Origin: Eimeria praecox
Lineage: Eukaryota
Direction of reading: 5' to 3'
Length of the DNA: 64,000 bases
Assembly (NCBI GenBank): GCA_963920595.1
Contig: OY986947.1
Coordinates: forward strand, 5,270,001-5,334,000
Position 1 is the stretch's first letter. Every line of letters starts with the position of its first letter. Below the pieces are notes generated by a model, which did not search any database, had not been told where the DNA came from, and was given only the letters and a program-made list of their open reading frames with translations. The translations under genes and the position numbers were made by a program. Positions 38,501-53,500 of the stretch are shown here, piece after piece.

Positions 38501-41500
38501 CTAGAAGACGGCGGCTGTTTGCTGTTAACCGAAGGTGGGCCCCCCAGAGAGGTCAAGAGACATCCCAACTTCCGGATCCTTTTCACGGCTGAGGCTGCTG
38601 GCTCCTGCAGGCTCTCCTCAGCCTTGAGAAACCGATGCTGTGAGGTATACGTACCCCCGCCAGGAGTAGCAGCACCAGCAGCTGGACAAGAGCCCAAAAC
38701 GAGCGCACCCCAAAATACAGGTAGCCAAGCCACAAAGGAATGCGCTCCAGACGAAGGGACAAAACAGAGCACGACAACAACGGTAGCACCGGCAGCAAGA
38801 AGGCAGCCTTTGCTGCTGGAGGGCCTGACGAAACGGCTGTTAGGAATTGTTGCAACTCTCTTGAGAAGCAGTGGGGTTTCTGGCACAGCCGGGACAGAAC
38901 AAGACACTGCACTACGAGAGTTGCTGTCTGGGTGGTCTGCGGCCTTGCTAGCGACAGAGGCAGACCTGACAGGAGGGCCAGAGGGGGACGAGGGCCAGCC
39001 TACCCCTGTAGCAGCAGCCAGTGCTACGCTTCGTATTGCAGGAGTTTTCATCAGCTTCTGCTGCCGCAAGGCTCACTGCAACACTAGCACCAGGTGCATA
39101 CGTCTCTGCCCCCTTTTGCTGCAGGATAGTTACCGGTTGCTTCTGGCGGGGGGCAAGGATCTGTCCCTTGCAGCAGCAGAAGTCATGTCTCTGCAGCACG
39201 CAGCAGTGCAGCTGCTCCTGCAGCTACTGGGGGACGAATCTGTACTGTCTCAGTTTGCTCTTGAGGCGCAGTCTATGCAGCTCGACGTTCCCCAGCAACA
39301 GCAGCTGCAACAGAAAGGGGAACAGGAGCAACAGGGAGACACAGGAGACAGCGGCAGAGGTGAATTTATTGCAGAACTGCGAAGCGTCCGCGACGACCTG
39401 GGGGAGGGGGCTATTGCTGCTGGCCTTGCGGGTCTGCAGGCAATCGCGCGCAGAGTAGCGGGAAGGAACAGCAAATACCTAGCCGCAGCAGCAGCGGCAC
39501 GCTGGAGGTGTCTGCAAAGTTGGGGCAGCGCGTATGCCGCTGCTGAAAACGTGGATGCCTCAGACGAAGAACAGTCAGTAGCGGCTACAACGGGAACACC
39601 ACGAACAACACCGGGAGCAGTAACGACAAAAACAACAGCACCTGAGACAGCTGGCACGGAGCTTGATGACAGTATATCTGTAGGAACGCTCTTCCAGTGT
39701 TTTCTGTGGCAATACACTGCAGCACTCGATTCTTCACCCATGTGGCGCCTGCTGCTGCTCCATCTGTTGGCAGCTTGCTATTACTGTTGTTCTGTCTCCA
39801 AAAGGCGGGAAAACAGCAGCAGGCTTTGTGATGGCGGCGACTATGTGCAGCAGGACAGCGATTGGGCTATCCTGCGGGGAGCTATCGAGAGGCACGTAAT
39901 GCTGCATCGTGAACGTAGGAAGGGCAGCAGCAGCATCAGCGAGGGGCTGGTGGCTAGGTCTGTTGCAAGTGACGTCTCGCTCATGGGAAGTGTTGTTGCC
40001 GCTTGCCTGGGAAGTGAGGACAAGGGGCTTCCTCTGCTCGCTGCCGCAGTGCGCCTGTTTATGTGGGGCGCAGCAAATGCAGGAGACCTTAGTGCTCGCC
40101 TTCGAGTGTTGCAGCAGCTGCACCAAGACACACTGCAGCAGCATGAGCTACTGCAGAAGCGCCAGCGAAGAACAGCTGTCCGCTATCTGGCTGCCGCATG
40201 CAGCGCTCTACAGGAGATAGAGCAGGGGCCTTTTCTTCTGCTTCCCGGTGCAGCAGCAGCAGCAGCAGTTGTTGTTGCTGCAGCCGTACCGCCGGACAGT
40301 CTGCCCCTCATCTACGCAGCGGGCCGCCTGATAGGGATATCTTCCTCTCTTTCGTCGGGATGCGTGAACAGACACAGTGGGGATTCGCCTTCACGGCAGC
40401 AGCAGCAGCAGCAGTTGCAACAGCGCCTGTTACTTCACGAGGTAGTCCAGGTGCTCCGCGCTGAGTGCGCAGCCTTCTTGCTACCTGAGCGGTTGCTACT
40501 GCTGCAGCGGCAGAAGGGCAACAGGGTGCTCCCTACGAAGTGCACGCGATGCAGCCTAGGGGACAGAGAGTTCTGGTGTCTCTTGTTTGCATACGCTTTA
40601 CCTGTAAAGGAGCTGCAGCGGGACCAGCAGGATCTGCTGGAGCAGGAGTTGTTGCAGCAGGAGCTCCCACAGCAGTGGAATGAATCTGAGAAGTCTGAAG
40701 TTGGGGAGTTAATGCAGAGACTCTTTGAAGGTCTCCGCCAGCTATCTAGCTGTGTGGTATTTGCAGCCGACGAGACCCTCCGCATGCTCGTGCAGTGCGG
40801 AGGTGGGTCAGTGCCTGCTGCTGCTGCCGTCTTGACGGAAGGCCTTACGCAACAGTGCAGGCACCTGGCCCGCTGCTTCAGCGCGTGGGCGGATCTGCTG
40901 CAAGTGCTGTCTCTTCCCGTGTGTGGTAGATGCGGCAGCGCAGCTGCAGCAGGAAAGGAAGGTGGCAATAGCAGAAGCACAGGTGGCAGCAGCAAGCGCC
41001 AGCACCTACTCAGAAGCGAGGAGAGGATGCAGATTGCGTTGAAGTGCCATGGAAATGTACTTTCTGTGCTGCTCCAGCTCTTTGTTGAGAGCCTTAAGGA
41101 CTTCGGTGCATCAGCAAGCTCAACTGCGGCTGGGGCTAGAGACCTACGTGGGCGTGATGACTGGAATGCGGTGGCGACTGCGGCAGCAAGGGCATCAGCA
41201 GTAGATTTCGTTGCTGCTGAGCTCCTCCGACCACTTGATTGCATGAGTGCGACGCTGGTACCACTTAAGTTTCCTTTGGGGGGTTTCGCTGTCGCAGAAG
41301 CAGGAGAGGGAAAGCCATTGCATTTCCTGGAGGGGAGGCAGCATTACCAGCAGCACCGCGAGCGGCGGGTCCAGGGAGGTGATGGCTCTGCAGCTAGTGC
41401 GTTTACTGGCATTGATGCGATGTCCAACACCTGGAGATGTCTGCTGCCTCTTCAGCTGGGGCAGCACGAGGCGCAGACAGTGAGGGGTTGGCTGCTGCGA

Positions 41501-44500
41501 GAGCTGCTACATGCGGCACCACTTACGGCGAGCCTTGGCCCTGAGCCAACAGCGGCGACAACAGCGAGTGCAGAAGCAGCAGACAAACCAGTACAAGGTG
41601 CAGCAGCCACAGGAGCAAGCGAGGAGCGAGGCGCCGCTTCATTATGTCGGCGCCTTGCATGCACAGCCCCCTCTCTAGGCCTGGGCTTCTCCCTATTGGT
41701 GCATGCGGGGCACCCCGCATTTGACCATGTCAGTATAGGATCTTTCCAACAACAGCACCAGAGGCAGGACCAGCAGCAGCGGCTGCTTCACAGTAAGTCG
41801 CTGCTGTTCCATGCGCCGGCATTGCATGCTCTGTTGCTTAGCAGCTGCTTGCTGCGAGCTGCGGGCCGCGAAGGGGCAGCAGAGAGCCTTGAGGCCCAGG
41901 TTAATGAGGCTTTGCTCCCTTCCTACCAGCAGAAGCCAGCATCAGGACCAGATTCTGCTGGTTTGCCTTCTCTGTTTAACAGCAGATCCTGTAGGGTAGC
42001 AGCTCTACGCGCAGCAGCTGCTGCAGAGGGACTCATCGACAGCAGGCAGCAGCGGTGGGTATCTCTCAGCAGCAGCGCGATTGTCTCTGTTGGCCTCTTG
42101 CAGGCGCAGCTGGCAGCAGCAGCTGCAGTGCATCTAGGGATAGAGCATGCAGCTGAGCTGCTGCTGCTGAATCTGTGGATGCAGCCGCACCAGCATATGG
42201 AGGGAAGGCCGGTTGGCGCTGCTCCTGACGACGGAGGCCCCGGATGCTCCAGGATTATTGCTGCTCTTTCCGTAGCGCTAGAAAAGGCTGCTCAGACGCA
42301 GTTGCAGCAGCAGCAGGAAATGCTACCCATTTTTACGCTGCCCGCCACTGCTCTTTCTTGGCTTTCCTCTGAGGATCCTGCAAGCTCGGGGAGTCAGCCT
42401 GTCCTAGCAATACCAGTCCCCCCAACGTTGCTGGACGCCGCTGCAGTGCTGACGGCCACTGTGTGGCAGCAACAACAGAATCAGCAGCGCGAGCAGCAGT
42501 TGCACCATGCAAAACTGCAGCAGCTCTCTCGGTTTGCCGCGTGTGCTGCTGTTGAGGTATTGTCTTTGATGTGGCGGACCGAGGTGGATATACACTGCAA
42601 CGACGCTTTCGGCCTCAAGGGCGCTCTTCTGCAACAGGGGCTGCTGCAGGATGCATGCGCTCCAGGGAGAGCTGCAGACGCAGGGGGAACAACACCAGCA
42701 ATGGCAGCAGGACACCCGGAATGCCCTGTTGCCTTGCTGACGCGCCAGGCTTTGGCCCGCCTTCAAGAGAAAGTCGGAGGGTTTCACGGTGCAGCAGCAG
42801 CAAGAGCAACAGCAACCGCAACGGTAACTAAGGCGCTGCGGCGTCTGGAACGGTCGAGTCAACTTCAGGGGACGTTAGGAATTGACAGTAGCTGTACCTA
42901 CACCGCCAGAATTGTTGTGGAGGTGCAAGAGCACGCTACTGTATCATCCGCTTCTGCATGCTTTGTCGTACTGCAGCGGCTGCAGCGGCAGCTGCAGCGC
43001 CTTGAAACAGATAGAAGACGAGCCTGCAGGTTGCTGGAACTGGCCGCCTGTGCGGAGAACGTGGATACGGACATGGAGGCTTGCATGACTTCAGCAGCTG
43101 CTGCAGACGCAGGAACAGAGACGGCAACTGCTACTGCTGCGGAGTGGGCAGCAGTTGTGGGTTTTGCAGCTGCCCTCTGGTCATTCTGCGGGCCGGTGGG
43201 GGAAGGAGACTCCGGAATTGAGATGGGGAAGGGGGCCGATCAACGGGTTCAGCGAAACGCTTGGACGGCTGCAACATCTGTTGCAGTCTGTACTGCACTC
43301 AAGGACGCCTGGGCTAGCATTGCGGGCTTCCTCCGCGATGGTGATGTTGCTGCAGTCGCACCACACGCAAAAGCAAAGGCAACAGCAGCAGCGAAGGCAG
43401 CACTTACAGGGCTGCGGGAGGTTGCAGACGGCTTGCAGGAGATATTACGAGCAGAAGCACCACCTACTGCTACTACTGGTAACGCGGAAGCAGCACCATG
43501 TGCATACGCTGTTAACTTGGATGCAGGCCGGGCTGCTGTTGCGTCTTTGGTGATGCTGCATGAACTGCTGCTGAAGTGTACAGAAGCATCAGACCCGAGT
43601 GAGTTGCTGCGTGGCGCCGCTGGCAAGCAGCAGCGTTCGCTGTTGCTGATGCTGCTGGGGAGGTGGGCTGTCTTGAGTGCGGCAGCATCAGCAGCAGCCG
43701 AGCTGCAGCAACAGCGTGACGTAGCGGCTTGGCGCCAAGCTGTCAAGATGAAGTCGCAGGCGTACGCAACGGAGGTAAGATGCCACATTTGCGTTTTCCC
43801 CTTTTTTTCGTCTGCTTTGCTAAGCGCCGTGAGGGCGTGTATGGAATAGGGCTGTGCTGTTTGATGACTGATGCTACCGCGTGTGCTGCTGCTGGCTGCT
43901 GTAGGCAGAGGCACTGCTGTTGCGTGCAGCAGCTGTGGATGGCTGCGACGGGGTGCAACAGGAGGGCTTGAGCTCGGGGATTGGGGGCCGCACGTCAGCC
44001 TCACTAGCACTTGCAGCTGAAGCTGAAGCGCATGCAGCCGCTCTGCAGGAGGTGCTTGAGCAGACTTGCAAGGCTAGCAGTTTGCTGCAGCAGCTCACGC
44101 GCCTTCTCCCCTTGCGCGCAGCAGCCATCCCGCCAGAGTTCGCCCAACGGTTGCTGCCTGCGGGCGCTAGTGGGGCAGCGCCAAGAGAGGACGGAGAAGA
44201 GAAAGGAAGAAGAGCAGTAGCAGCAGGGGCAGGAACGGATAAAGGAGAGACACCAGTTGCGGCACAACAGCATGTGCTGCATCTCATAGAGAGCGCTTCC
44301 GTGGTCACTGCTGAACCTGAGGATGCGCTTGCTGCTTGGTTAGAGGGTATTCATGAGTTCTACTGCAACATTTTAGAGACACGGCGGTTAGTTGCTTCCT
44401 GATTCGTTTTCTTTGCACCCGTCAGCTTCAGTGCAGCAGCAGCACCAGCAGATGTACAACGCACCGAGTGGCGGAAAAGTGACTTAAAATGCCTGATGGC

Positions 44501-47500
44501 AGACAATGTAATAGCCATTGCCGCCCCAGGGGCTTTTGGAGTTAGTGCGCATCTCACCTTTTGTGGCGTGTTCGGTGTTTATCGCTTAAACTTTGTTGCT
44601 TGATTTCGTAGTGTCTTCAGTCATTTTCTGCCTTCAGGCGCATTGCGTTTGTTTTCGGTTCAGACTTTTGTCTCTGCTCCCAGAGCTGGAGCCGCTGCTG
44701 CTGGGAACAGAAGGCCCTGCTGCTACCGATAACGAGACAGGCTCCCCTGCCGCTCTGAGGACAGCAGCAGAAGCCGCAGCTGCATGCAGCAGCCGCCTTG
44801 TTGCTTCGCACCCTCTCCTGCTCTCGCCTGCTGCACGCACCGCTGCCACCGGCCTTTGGGCAATTGCAAAAGGCCTCCTAGACGTTGCTGAAGCCAAAGA
44901 CGCGCTGCAGCGACAGCGGCAGGTGCAGCGGCAGGTGCCGGCACCTTCACCGCTGTCATTGGTGCTGAAGGGAACGGCTTCGTTCCCGGCCTTGCCATTT
45001 GCAGCGCTGACCCCTGAAAGGGTCGCTGAAGGAACGAACTTGTTGGAGCCGTTACAGCGAGTACAGTGGTTGTTGCTGTGGCTGCGCGCAGAGGCAGCAG
45101 CCGCGGCAGCAGCAGCGGCAGCAGCAGCGGCGGACCGAAAACGCCGGGGCTCAGCAGCGACTGCCATGCCTTTTTCGGCCTCCTTTGCAGGTGCGCGGGT
45201 AGCGTTGGCGGGGCTGCTACAGCAGGTATCGCAGAAGCACCTCGCCTGGAGGAAGCAACGGGAGATTGCGGCAGACGAAACTGCTACCTTATTGCAGCGC
45301 CTTGAGGGCCTTGTTGTGGACCGCTCAGCAGCAGCAGCAGCAGCAGGCAAACAAAGGGGAGACGCAGAAGCGGCAGAGGAACTTTTCCCGTGCAGCCAGG
45401 AGTGGACAGATGCTTACCAGCACCAGCAGCAAGAAGAACTACAGCAGGACGACGCAGAAGATCAGGACCGCACCCAGTACATGGCATGGTGCGATCAGAA
45501 CACTTATACAGAACAAGAAGGCAAGCAAGAGGCGCAGCAGGAACAGCTCGCGCTGCAACAGCTAGAAGGGCTTACTGAGGCTGACCTGCTGCACCTGTGG
45601 AGCCGCGCCGTGGAAACATCATGTGCATGGAGCGGCTGCGGCCCTAGCAGCAACAGCATGCGAGCCGGAGGAGGCGAGATGGAATCAGCCGCAGCATACC
45701 GAGAAGCGCTAGCGGTAAGCGCCATAACTCTTCACGTACATTTCGAGTCGCTAGAATGTTGCAGCTGTACTTTGATGAGGGGGCTCGGGCCTATGCAGAA
45801 ACGGTGTGAAAGAGGCAGACGCACACGAACTACCGCATGCGTTTGAGAACTCAGTTGGAGGATGCCTGACTAGCCTGCGCCCCGTCGCTCTTTCTCTTCT
45901 GTTTTGTTTCAGGGCTCTTTCTGCGTAATTTTGGACGCACATAGTGAGGGCTCATTCGCAATTCCTTCTTCTGGTGTACCTTCAGCAACAGTAGCTAAGG
46001 CAGATGCTATAGGCGAAGCGGTGCAGGTACCCCCAGAGCTGGATGGACCTTGCATGCCGCATATACAGGCCATGCTGGTGCAGACGGCGGCCCGTTTTGT
46101 AGGTTCTTCGCCGCTGCAGCAGCAGCTACAAGAACAGCAGCTGAAGCAGCTGCTCCTGCAGGAGGACGATGCCACTGCGGAGGCGGAGCAGCAAGAGCAG
46201 CTTGACGAATCCGCCGCCGCTGAAACGAATTCAGGCGGCAGTGCCACAGAGCAGCAGCTGCAACAGAAGCTGCAGCAAGAACGACTGCTGCAGCAACGTG
46301 AGCGCGCACGGAAGTTGCACTTCTCTCAACTTTGCCGTAGCGTTTCCTTTTCTGGCAGCAGCAGGGGAGCAGCGACATCCTTTTATGCGCCTGGGAACCC
46401 CGTGCTGCTGGAGCCTCTGAGTGGCCCTGTACAGAGATTTCAAGATGCCGCAGCTGCTTTTGCTGCTGTTGTAGAGGATCACCCTGTCCTGCAGAGTATG
46501 CTGCTGCTAACGCAAAGAGTGGCTGCTCTCTGCCTCCTCACAACATCTCCTGCTGACGCGCTAGCGGCCCTTGAGAGTCTTCTGGACCGCGCAGCAGCGT
46601 GGCAAAAGGCTGTCGACAGGCACCAGTTGGCCCATTTGATTGCCCTAAACATTTCCGCTGGTGTTGCTGCTTCTTCTACAGCGGCAGCAGCGCACCAACA
46701 GCCAGCAACGGGTGTTTGCGTCAGCGCTTCCCAGCCCAAGGATGCAGCCGAGAGTGGGATGCACCAAAGCAGCATCACCAGGACTTCGTTGCAGCAGCAG
46801 GAGCAAGCAGCAATGCAGGCCGCAGAAATGCTTCTGCAGCGGTTCGATGCTGCAGTGCATGCGGTTGAGAGACAGGTGCTACTGCTGCGGCAGCGACAGC
46901 TGCTGGAGTGGAAGTTTTTGAGGGAGTTTAGGGAAGAGCGCATGCAGCAGCAGAGTCTTCACTTCGCTCCTTTCTTGTGGGGCTTGCTCCCAGACGATGG
47001 CGACGCTGCAGAGCCTCCTGACGCAGCAGTGGACGCAGCAGCTGCTGCTACAACACCTGCTGGAGGATATATATCTGCAGGGGGCAAATCAGAAGGATCC
47101 CATGACCTGGCGGGGGCTGTGCTGCTGCAGCTCATCCGTCGCTCCCCGAGAGCAGTGACAGAAGTGCTGCTTGAGTTTCTGCGGACGTCCCCTTTAGGGC
47201 AGTTTGAAGGGAGGCTGCGCTGTCTTGAAGGAGCGAGTTACTGCAGGCGGCTGCTGCTGTCTGGTGTAGCAGCAGGCGGGGTTGTTTCTGTGCCAGCAGG
47301 AGCTGGTGCCGTGTCCGTCAGGGGGCCGAACGATGCGAGGGCAACGGACGCTGCAGAGATGCCTGAGAGGTCCTCTGCAGAGATGGTGTGCGTTGTCATG
47401 GGGGCTGTTGCGCGATTTGCTGTTGCTGCTGGCTGGCTGCGAGCTGTGCAGCAGCAATTGCATGCAGCTCGCAAAGAGATGGACAGGGCAGTCAGTTCGC

Positions 47501-50500
47501 TGACGTCTTTGGCTCGATGGGATCTTTCCAGCAGGACGGCGATGCGGGAGTAAGGCAGTTCGCACTATTTTATTCTATTTTGTTTCCTGCTTGGCTCACC
47601 TCTTTTGTGCAGTCACCCACAGCAGGCAGCAGGAAAGTGGAGAACCGTCAACCGTTCGCTGAATTAACTCATTTGAAGCCTCATTGCACTCACATGTCGC
47701 AGCATCCTGCCTAGCTCCGTGTCACGTGGCGCTGTGTATCCTATCTTCTTCATTGTTCTTTTTCTGTGCATTGCATATAAGGCATCGTCCACCGTTTGTT
47801 CTTTCGCATCTGGTTCCTGTATCTTGCTTCTCGCCCTTCGTTTTTTTGAGTCCATTACCTTGTCCTTCCTGCAAATCGCATATGGTACAGTATATTTTAA
47901 ATTTCATGCCTTCCCCAGAAATTTGCTTGCTCTATATGATGCCCTTGTCTTGCCTCGTGCATGCTGTGTCTTATCTCGGGTGCGTCCCTTGCAGTGTCTG
48001 TGTTTTCTGGCGCGCAGGTCTGTACACAGGACCCACGTGCAGTTGGCGAAGCACGTGAAAACGTTTGACGGGTGTCTGCTACAGCTCATGGGCGTAGCAG
48101 TGGGACCGACGGAACAGCAGCTCCATGAGCAGCTTGTAGCTGCAGCCCTGTCTGTTCCGCTCTTGTCTCCCTTGGCCGCCGTTCGCGGAGCAGCCAAAAG
48201 CGCTTCAGAAGTTCTGTGCTACAGCAACACACAGGCTGAGCCGGCGCATGCAGCACTGGAAGCAAAAGCAGCAGCACAACCGTTAACAGAAGCAGCAGCA
48301 CCTGACGCAGACGAAGCAACAGCAATGGCAGCAAAGAAGGCTGTAGGAAGGTTTTTGAGCTTCTCGCTGGGCCTTGCGGAGGCAAAGGATCCTGACTACG
48401 GATGTTTAAGTGATCTGCATGCATTTAGCGGCAGCTCGGCAAGTGCTGCTGATGTGGCCCTGGAGGTGCAGGCTGTATGCGAGGATATGATTGCTGCTGT
48501 CAAGGAGGCCGCAGCGGCGTCAGCAGCAGCTGCTGTAGACCAACAGGAGCAGCAGCAGAACGGCGAAACAGAAACAAGCCGCCCAAAGCCAAAGAGACAG
48601 GCGACGCGGCAGCAGATGCAAAGGAAATTCGCCGGACTTCGCGCGATGTTGCGCAGGGACCTACAGCTTCCCTGTCTGGCCCTGTGCGGCGGGGACTCAA
48701 GCCTCTTTGCTGCAGCTCTCAACGATTCAAGCGGCCTACCGGGGCCGCTGGGAGCACCGCACCCGCTGCAGGACGCAACAGCGCTGCAGCAACACGACAC
48801 CGCAGCCAGAGTAGCAGCCGCGCTGTCTTGCAGGAAGCTGAACAAACGGGGGCTGGCTGGTTGGGTAGCCACAGAAACAACAGTAGACGGCCCCAAACCC
48901 ATTGGAGAGCTTCTAGGAGACACGTGGGCCTCTGCTGCGCAGCAATGGTACTTGCTGCTGCAGACGCTGCTGCAGTGTCAGCAGCTACAGACTCCCCACA
49001 AGGATTTGGCAGGGCAACGAGAGATGTTGTTGGGGTTTGCTGCTGCCCTGGTGTTGCACGTGTTGCAGCAACGGCAGCGCTGTTGGCAGGCAGCGGCGCA
49101 ATACCAAATGCTGATGGACGCAGCAGCGGTTTCGCTTGTGTCTCCGTCGGTGTTCGTGCCTTTAGCCTTGCAGCAGAAGCTGCAGCAAGCGGCTGAGACA
49201 TTGCAACAAGCACTTCAGCAGGCTCAGGCCCTTCTACCGACGGTGCAAGAGGCGGCCGCCCAAAATGATGCATTAGAGCTTGCGTTTGCTGTCTCCTCCT
49301 CAGAACCTAGCAATCGCTCCGCAACGTCGCTAGGTGTATGTGGTGGCCAAACGGCCTCCGCCGGCACGCGGCCACCTGCCGCTTCAGGGGCTGTGGCTGC
49401 AGGGATGGATGCATTTGAGAGCCGCACGCTTCGTCATGACACACGGCAGCTGCGAGATGCATGGGACACGCTTCGCAAGGCGCTGCAACAGCTCAATTCT
49501 CTGCAGCAGCTGTTATTGACAAGTCCTGAAGCTAGGCGGCTGTCAGTTTTAGCGCACGATGCAAATGCAACGGAAGCCACAGCAGGGCAGGGGCAAGGCC
49601 TCTGCGTGCGCGTGCGGCTGCAATGGCTGGAGCAGGTTCAGGCTACTTGCACGGGAGCGTTGGGTCTTCTGAAGACTCAAGATGGCCATGGAATGGGGGA
49701 GAGGGGCCTCTTCAGTTTGCTGCCATTGCATGCAGCCTCAGGCCTTCGCCAGGCCTGTACGGCCCTTCAGGCACACATTACTGCCCTTACGACAGCAGCT
49801 GATGCTGCTCGGGAGGTGACCAGAGGCAGCGACAGTAGAGGGGACGCAGCGTTGGCCAAGGCAACGCAGGCACTGCATATGGCCCTCGTGACGTGCGGCG
49901 GAGGCAGCCCTCAGCGGGCAGTGGACCGTCTTCTTCAGCTCCCCAAGGAGTCTGAAGAAGGCACCGTGCACGAGCAGCAGCCACAGCAGCAGAAACAGCA
50001 GCCAGTGCTTTCGAGCCTGCCTCTGCCGCCTCTCGAATGCCTCTTTCCCTTCAAGGACTGCACTTCTGCAGTAGAGGCCTTTATCAGGGCAGCGCCAGTG
50101 TACCTGGCTCACCCGTTGCTGGGGACAGCCGTGGCAACAGCAGACGCACCTTCCGCAGCGACAGGGAGCAGGGACAAAGCAAGACAGGTCGTACTACAGA
50201 CGCTGCAGCGGGCAGCAGCGCTGGTTTTGGCTGCTTTCGACGCACTTGAAGGGACGACGCGTCTGTGTCTGAGTTTGCTGCAGCTGACCTGGGTGCTGCT
50301 ACAGTTGGGCTGGGGGCAGCCGAGCAGTGCGGAGGAGGCGGCCGCAGCAGCAGCAGCAGCACGGCCTGAGAAGCAGAAGGATGAATGGGTGTCAGGCACA
50401 GGATTGGGGGAAGGCGACGGCGCCAGAGATGCTTCAGAACAAATACAAGAGGAATGGCAGTTTGATGGCCTCAAAGACGAGCAGGCTGACCCGCAGCAAA

Positions 50501-53500
50501 AGCCTCCCGATAAACCCAAGAGTCAAGAGGAGGTGCGCATCTATACACTACAGTCTGAGCTCCCCTTCAAATCTCATCCCATCGGTTATTTCCGAACCGT
50601 GTTTGCATAACGTTAGACACTAGGCCTGCTTACTCTGGCTGTGAAAACGCCCCGACTTGTCGACAGCAAGCCTCCTCTGTCTGCCTTTGCAAACCGAAGC
50701 CTACCAGGTGGCTGCGCTGTGGGTAGGCGTTTGCATACTGTTTAGGTTGTGGGAGCTGTATGCCTCAGGACAAGGCGCTGGAGGTGTCAATGGACTTTGA
50801 CGGAGAGGCTGAGGCCCCCCCCCCTTCGCAGGAAGGTAAGGACCAGCAGCAGCAGCAGCAGCTGGATGACAGCACAGGGCAGGTGGACTTGCAAGACGGG
50901 GGACAGATAGAGAACAAAAGGTGGACAGGAGATGAAGAACTCGATGAAGAAAGCGACAAACCGGAGAAAGGGAATAGTAAACAAGAGGAGACAATCGAGA
51001 CAGGAGGTCTCCCTCAGGGACAAGTGGAGATGGTGGGGACAAAGGACAGCGCCGACACCTCCCAAAGCAAAGACACAGAGGCTAAGGAGAATCAGCAACA
51101 GCAGCAGCAAAACTCGGACAAGACCCAGGATGAGGAGGAGGATGAGGGAAATTTGGAGGTACACCTCAACATATGCTTGCTGTGGTTCATCCCTTGTTAC
51201 TGCATTTAGGGCCGCCCTGCCGTCTCGCGGTGGGCCGGTGGGGTATGCTTGTCTTTTATGGCTGTTGTTTAAATCAATATGCGCTGTTCTTGTTGCAGGT
51301 CCCTAGTTCCGGAGGCGACGGGGTAGAGCAGCAGGACGCCCCGCAATATCAACAAAAAATACGGGAGGGAGACCTTAGGGCGGAGGAGGAGAAAGGCGAT
51401 ACCGTGGAAGAGTTAGGAAGTGACGCAGAGGATACTGGCAACGCAGCATCAGACGGGGAGTGCGACAGCGAGCAACAGCAACTGCCGCAGGTTAGAGAAG
51501 CACCCGCAGATAGATGCGGAGAAGATCTGCAGATAGAAGATACGGCTTTAGATGGAGATGAAAACGATGGTGACAGTCTTGAGGAGGCTTCAGAGGCTCC
51601 AGAGGATACAAACACTGCGGGGGAGCAAAACGAAAACGCTGCCCCAGCAGATTGTAGTAACAGCGCTAGATGCGATACGACGGATGGCCAAGACATGGCT
51701 ATGGAGGAAACTGAGCCTCAGCAGCATGACACAGGAGGTCAAGATCAGCAGAAGCAACAGGATGAGGTTCCCGACGAAACAGCAGATGCAGAAGACATCA
51801 GCCCCCCTGCTGCTGACATGCAGGAAGGGGGATCTGGTGGTGTGCCGTCTGAGGAGGGAGAAGCAATGGAAACACAGGAGACAAAAGAGGAGACAGAGGA
51901 GCCAGAAGACGGCGACAAGGGTGTCCACCAGGACCCGTCGGTGCAGGGTAGGACGGAGCCGCCTAGTCCGTGCTGCTGCCATTACCGTTGCTGTTTAGTG
52001 CTGGTGCTGTTGCATGGGTTGCATGCTGGGGTATAGATGCCGCTGTGCGTAGAACGATATCACGGCTCATACATGATAGGACAGTTGGCGTCGGGTATAC
52101 TGAAGGGTCAGGGCGATGTTTATGGGCCTAGAAAAGACATTAAAAGGGGCCTGCTGAGGATTAAGGGTTTGGTGAAGCTTCATGGTCTAGCGTTTGGTGA
52201 GGTGTGAGCGGGGCTTGGGGTTGGGGGGCGGCTGCCAAAGATGAGACGAAAAGGCCTCTGCTGTGCCTACTTGGGGCCTTTGGCCCTTTAGGGTGCCCTG
52301 TGATGAGAGACAGCCAGAGAGGGAGACAGAGGATGTGATGCAACTCTGTCAGTGCGTCGCTGAGGCCGCTGCTTTCACCAACTTCTTTGCCCCTGCTGTG
52401 GCGCGCCTTTACCATGCCGACCACTTCACAGCGGTGAAATCAGAGTGCAATCCCCGTGATGCGTGCAGCAGGGCTGTTCGGGCCAGTTGGGGAGCTCTAC
52501 AAGCTCACTCAAGATGTCTTGGCTTGAGTATTCAGTGCCGCTGAGATGCATGCTCGTCTTTGTGTCTGTTGTGGGCCTTGGAATTAAAGACTGAACTTGG
52601 CGGCAGCGTAATGCACGTATTTGAGCGTCTTAAGGACCTTGCATTGAGCTGCTGGCCGTGCTGCTGGTGTTTCTACTGTCGCTGCTGCTGGAGGTTGTGC
52701 TGCTTTTGTCCTGCAGGTGCAGCAGCTCCCCTAGGCGAGGAGGAGGAGACTTCTTCCTCAGCTGAGCAGCGCCAACAGTCGTCGCCTCCGCACAATGCCC
52801 ACAGAACGTTTGGCATAGAAGGGGATGGCAGGTAGGCAGTTACATATCTGTTCTGCTGTAGGCGCCGGCTACTTTGTGGGACTTCGTCATTGGATATAAG
52901 GGCTGTGCATCTAGCTGTACGGCCGACCGTGGTGCGTGCACTGTTGCAATGACGGCTGCGAGAGCTTAATATTAAGTGTTTTGTGGGTGCATTTGGTGAT
53001 TCGGGGCATGCAGCCTCGTGCAGCGGGAGACAATGGAAACAGATGCAGAAGATGGCGGAGATACCAGGGACGAGGGGGCAGATGGCTGGGAAGAGGAAGG
53101 AGGAGGCGCTCCTGATGTTGCCGCTGCACCGGCAGAAGCCGGTGGCTCGTTTACTCGGAGCAGCGGCACGGGAGAACACCAACAAGGAGACAACTTGAGC
53201 TCCCTTCCCTCCTTTTCGATGCCGGCCAACCCCCTCGAAGACACTGGAGCGGCCGAACGCTGGCTGCAGCAAGTGCAGCTGCTGCAGCAGCAAGGGGAGA
53301 TGCATAGAGAAGAAGACGGAACTGCAGGGGCTTCTCTGGAGTCAAACAAGGGGGACGACTCCCCCCAGGGATGTCAGGAGGCATCGACGCTACAGCGGGG
53401 GCAGATATGTCAACAGGATGAAACTAATGGAACTCACGATGCTTTTGCAGAGGCCAATGAGGCTTCGGCCTTCCAGAGTGCCAACAACGCCAAGCTGGCA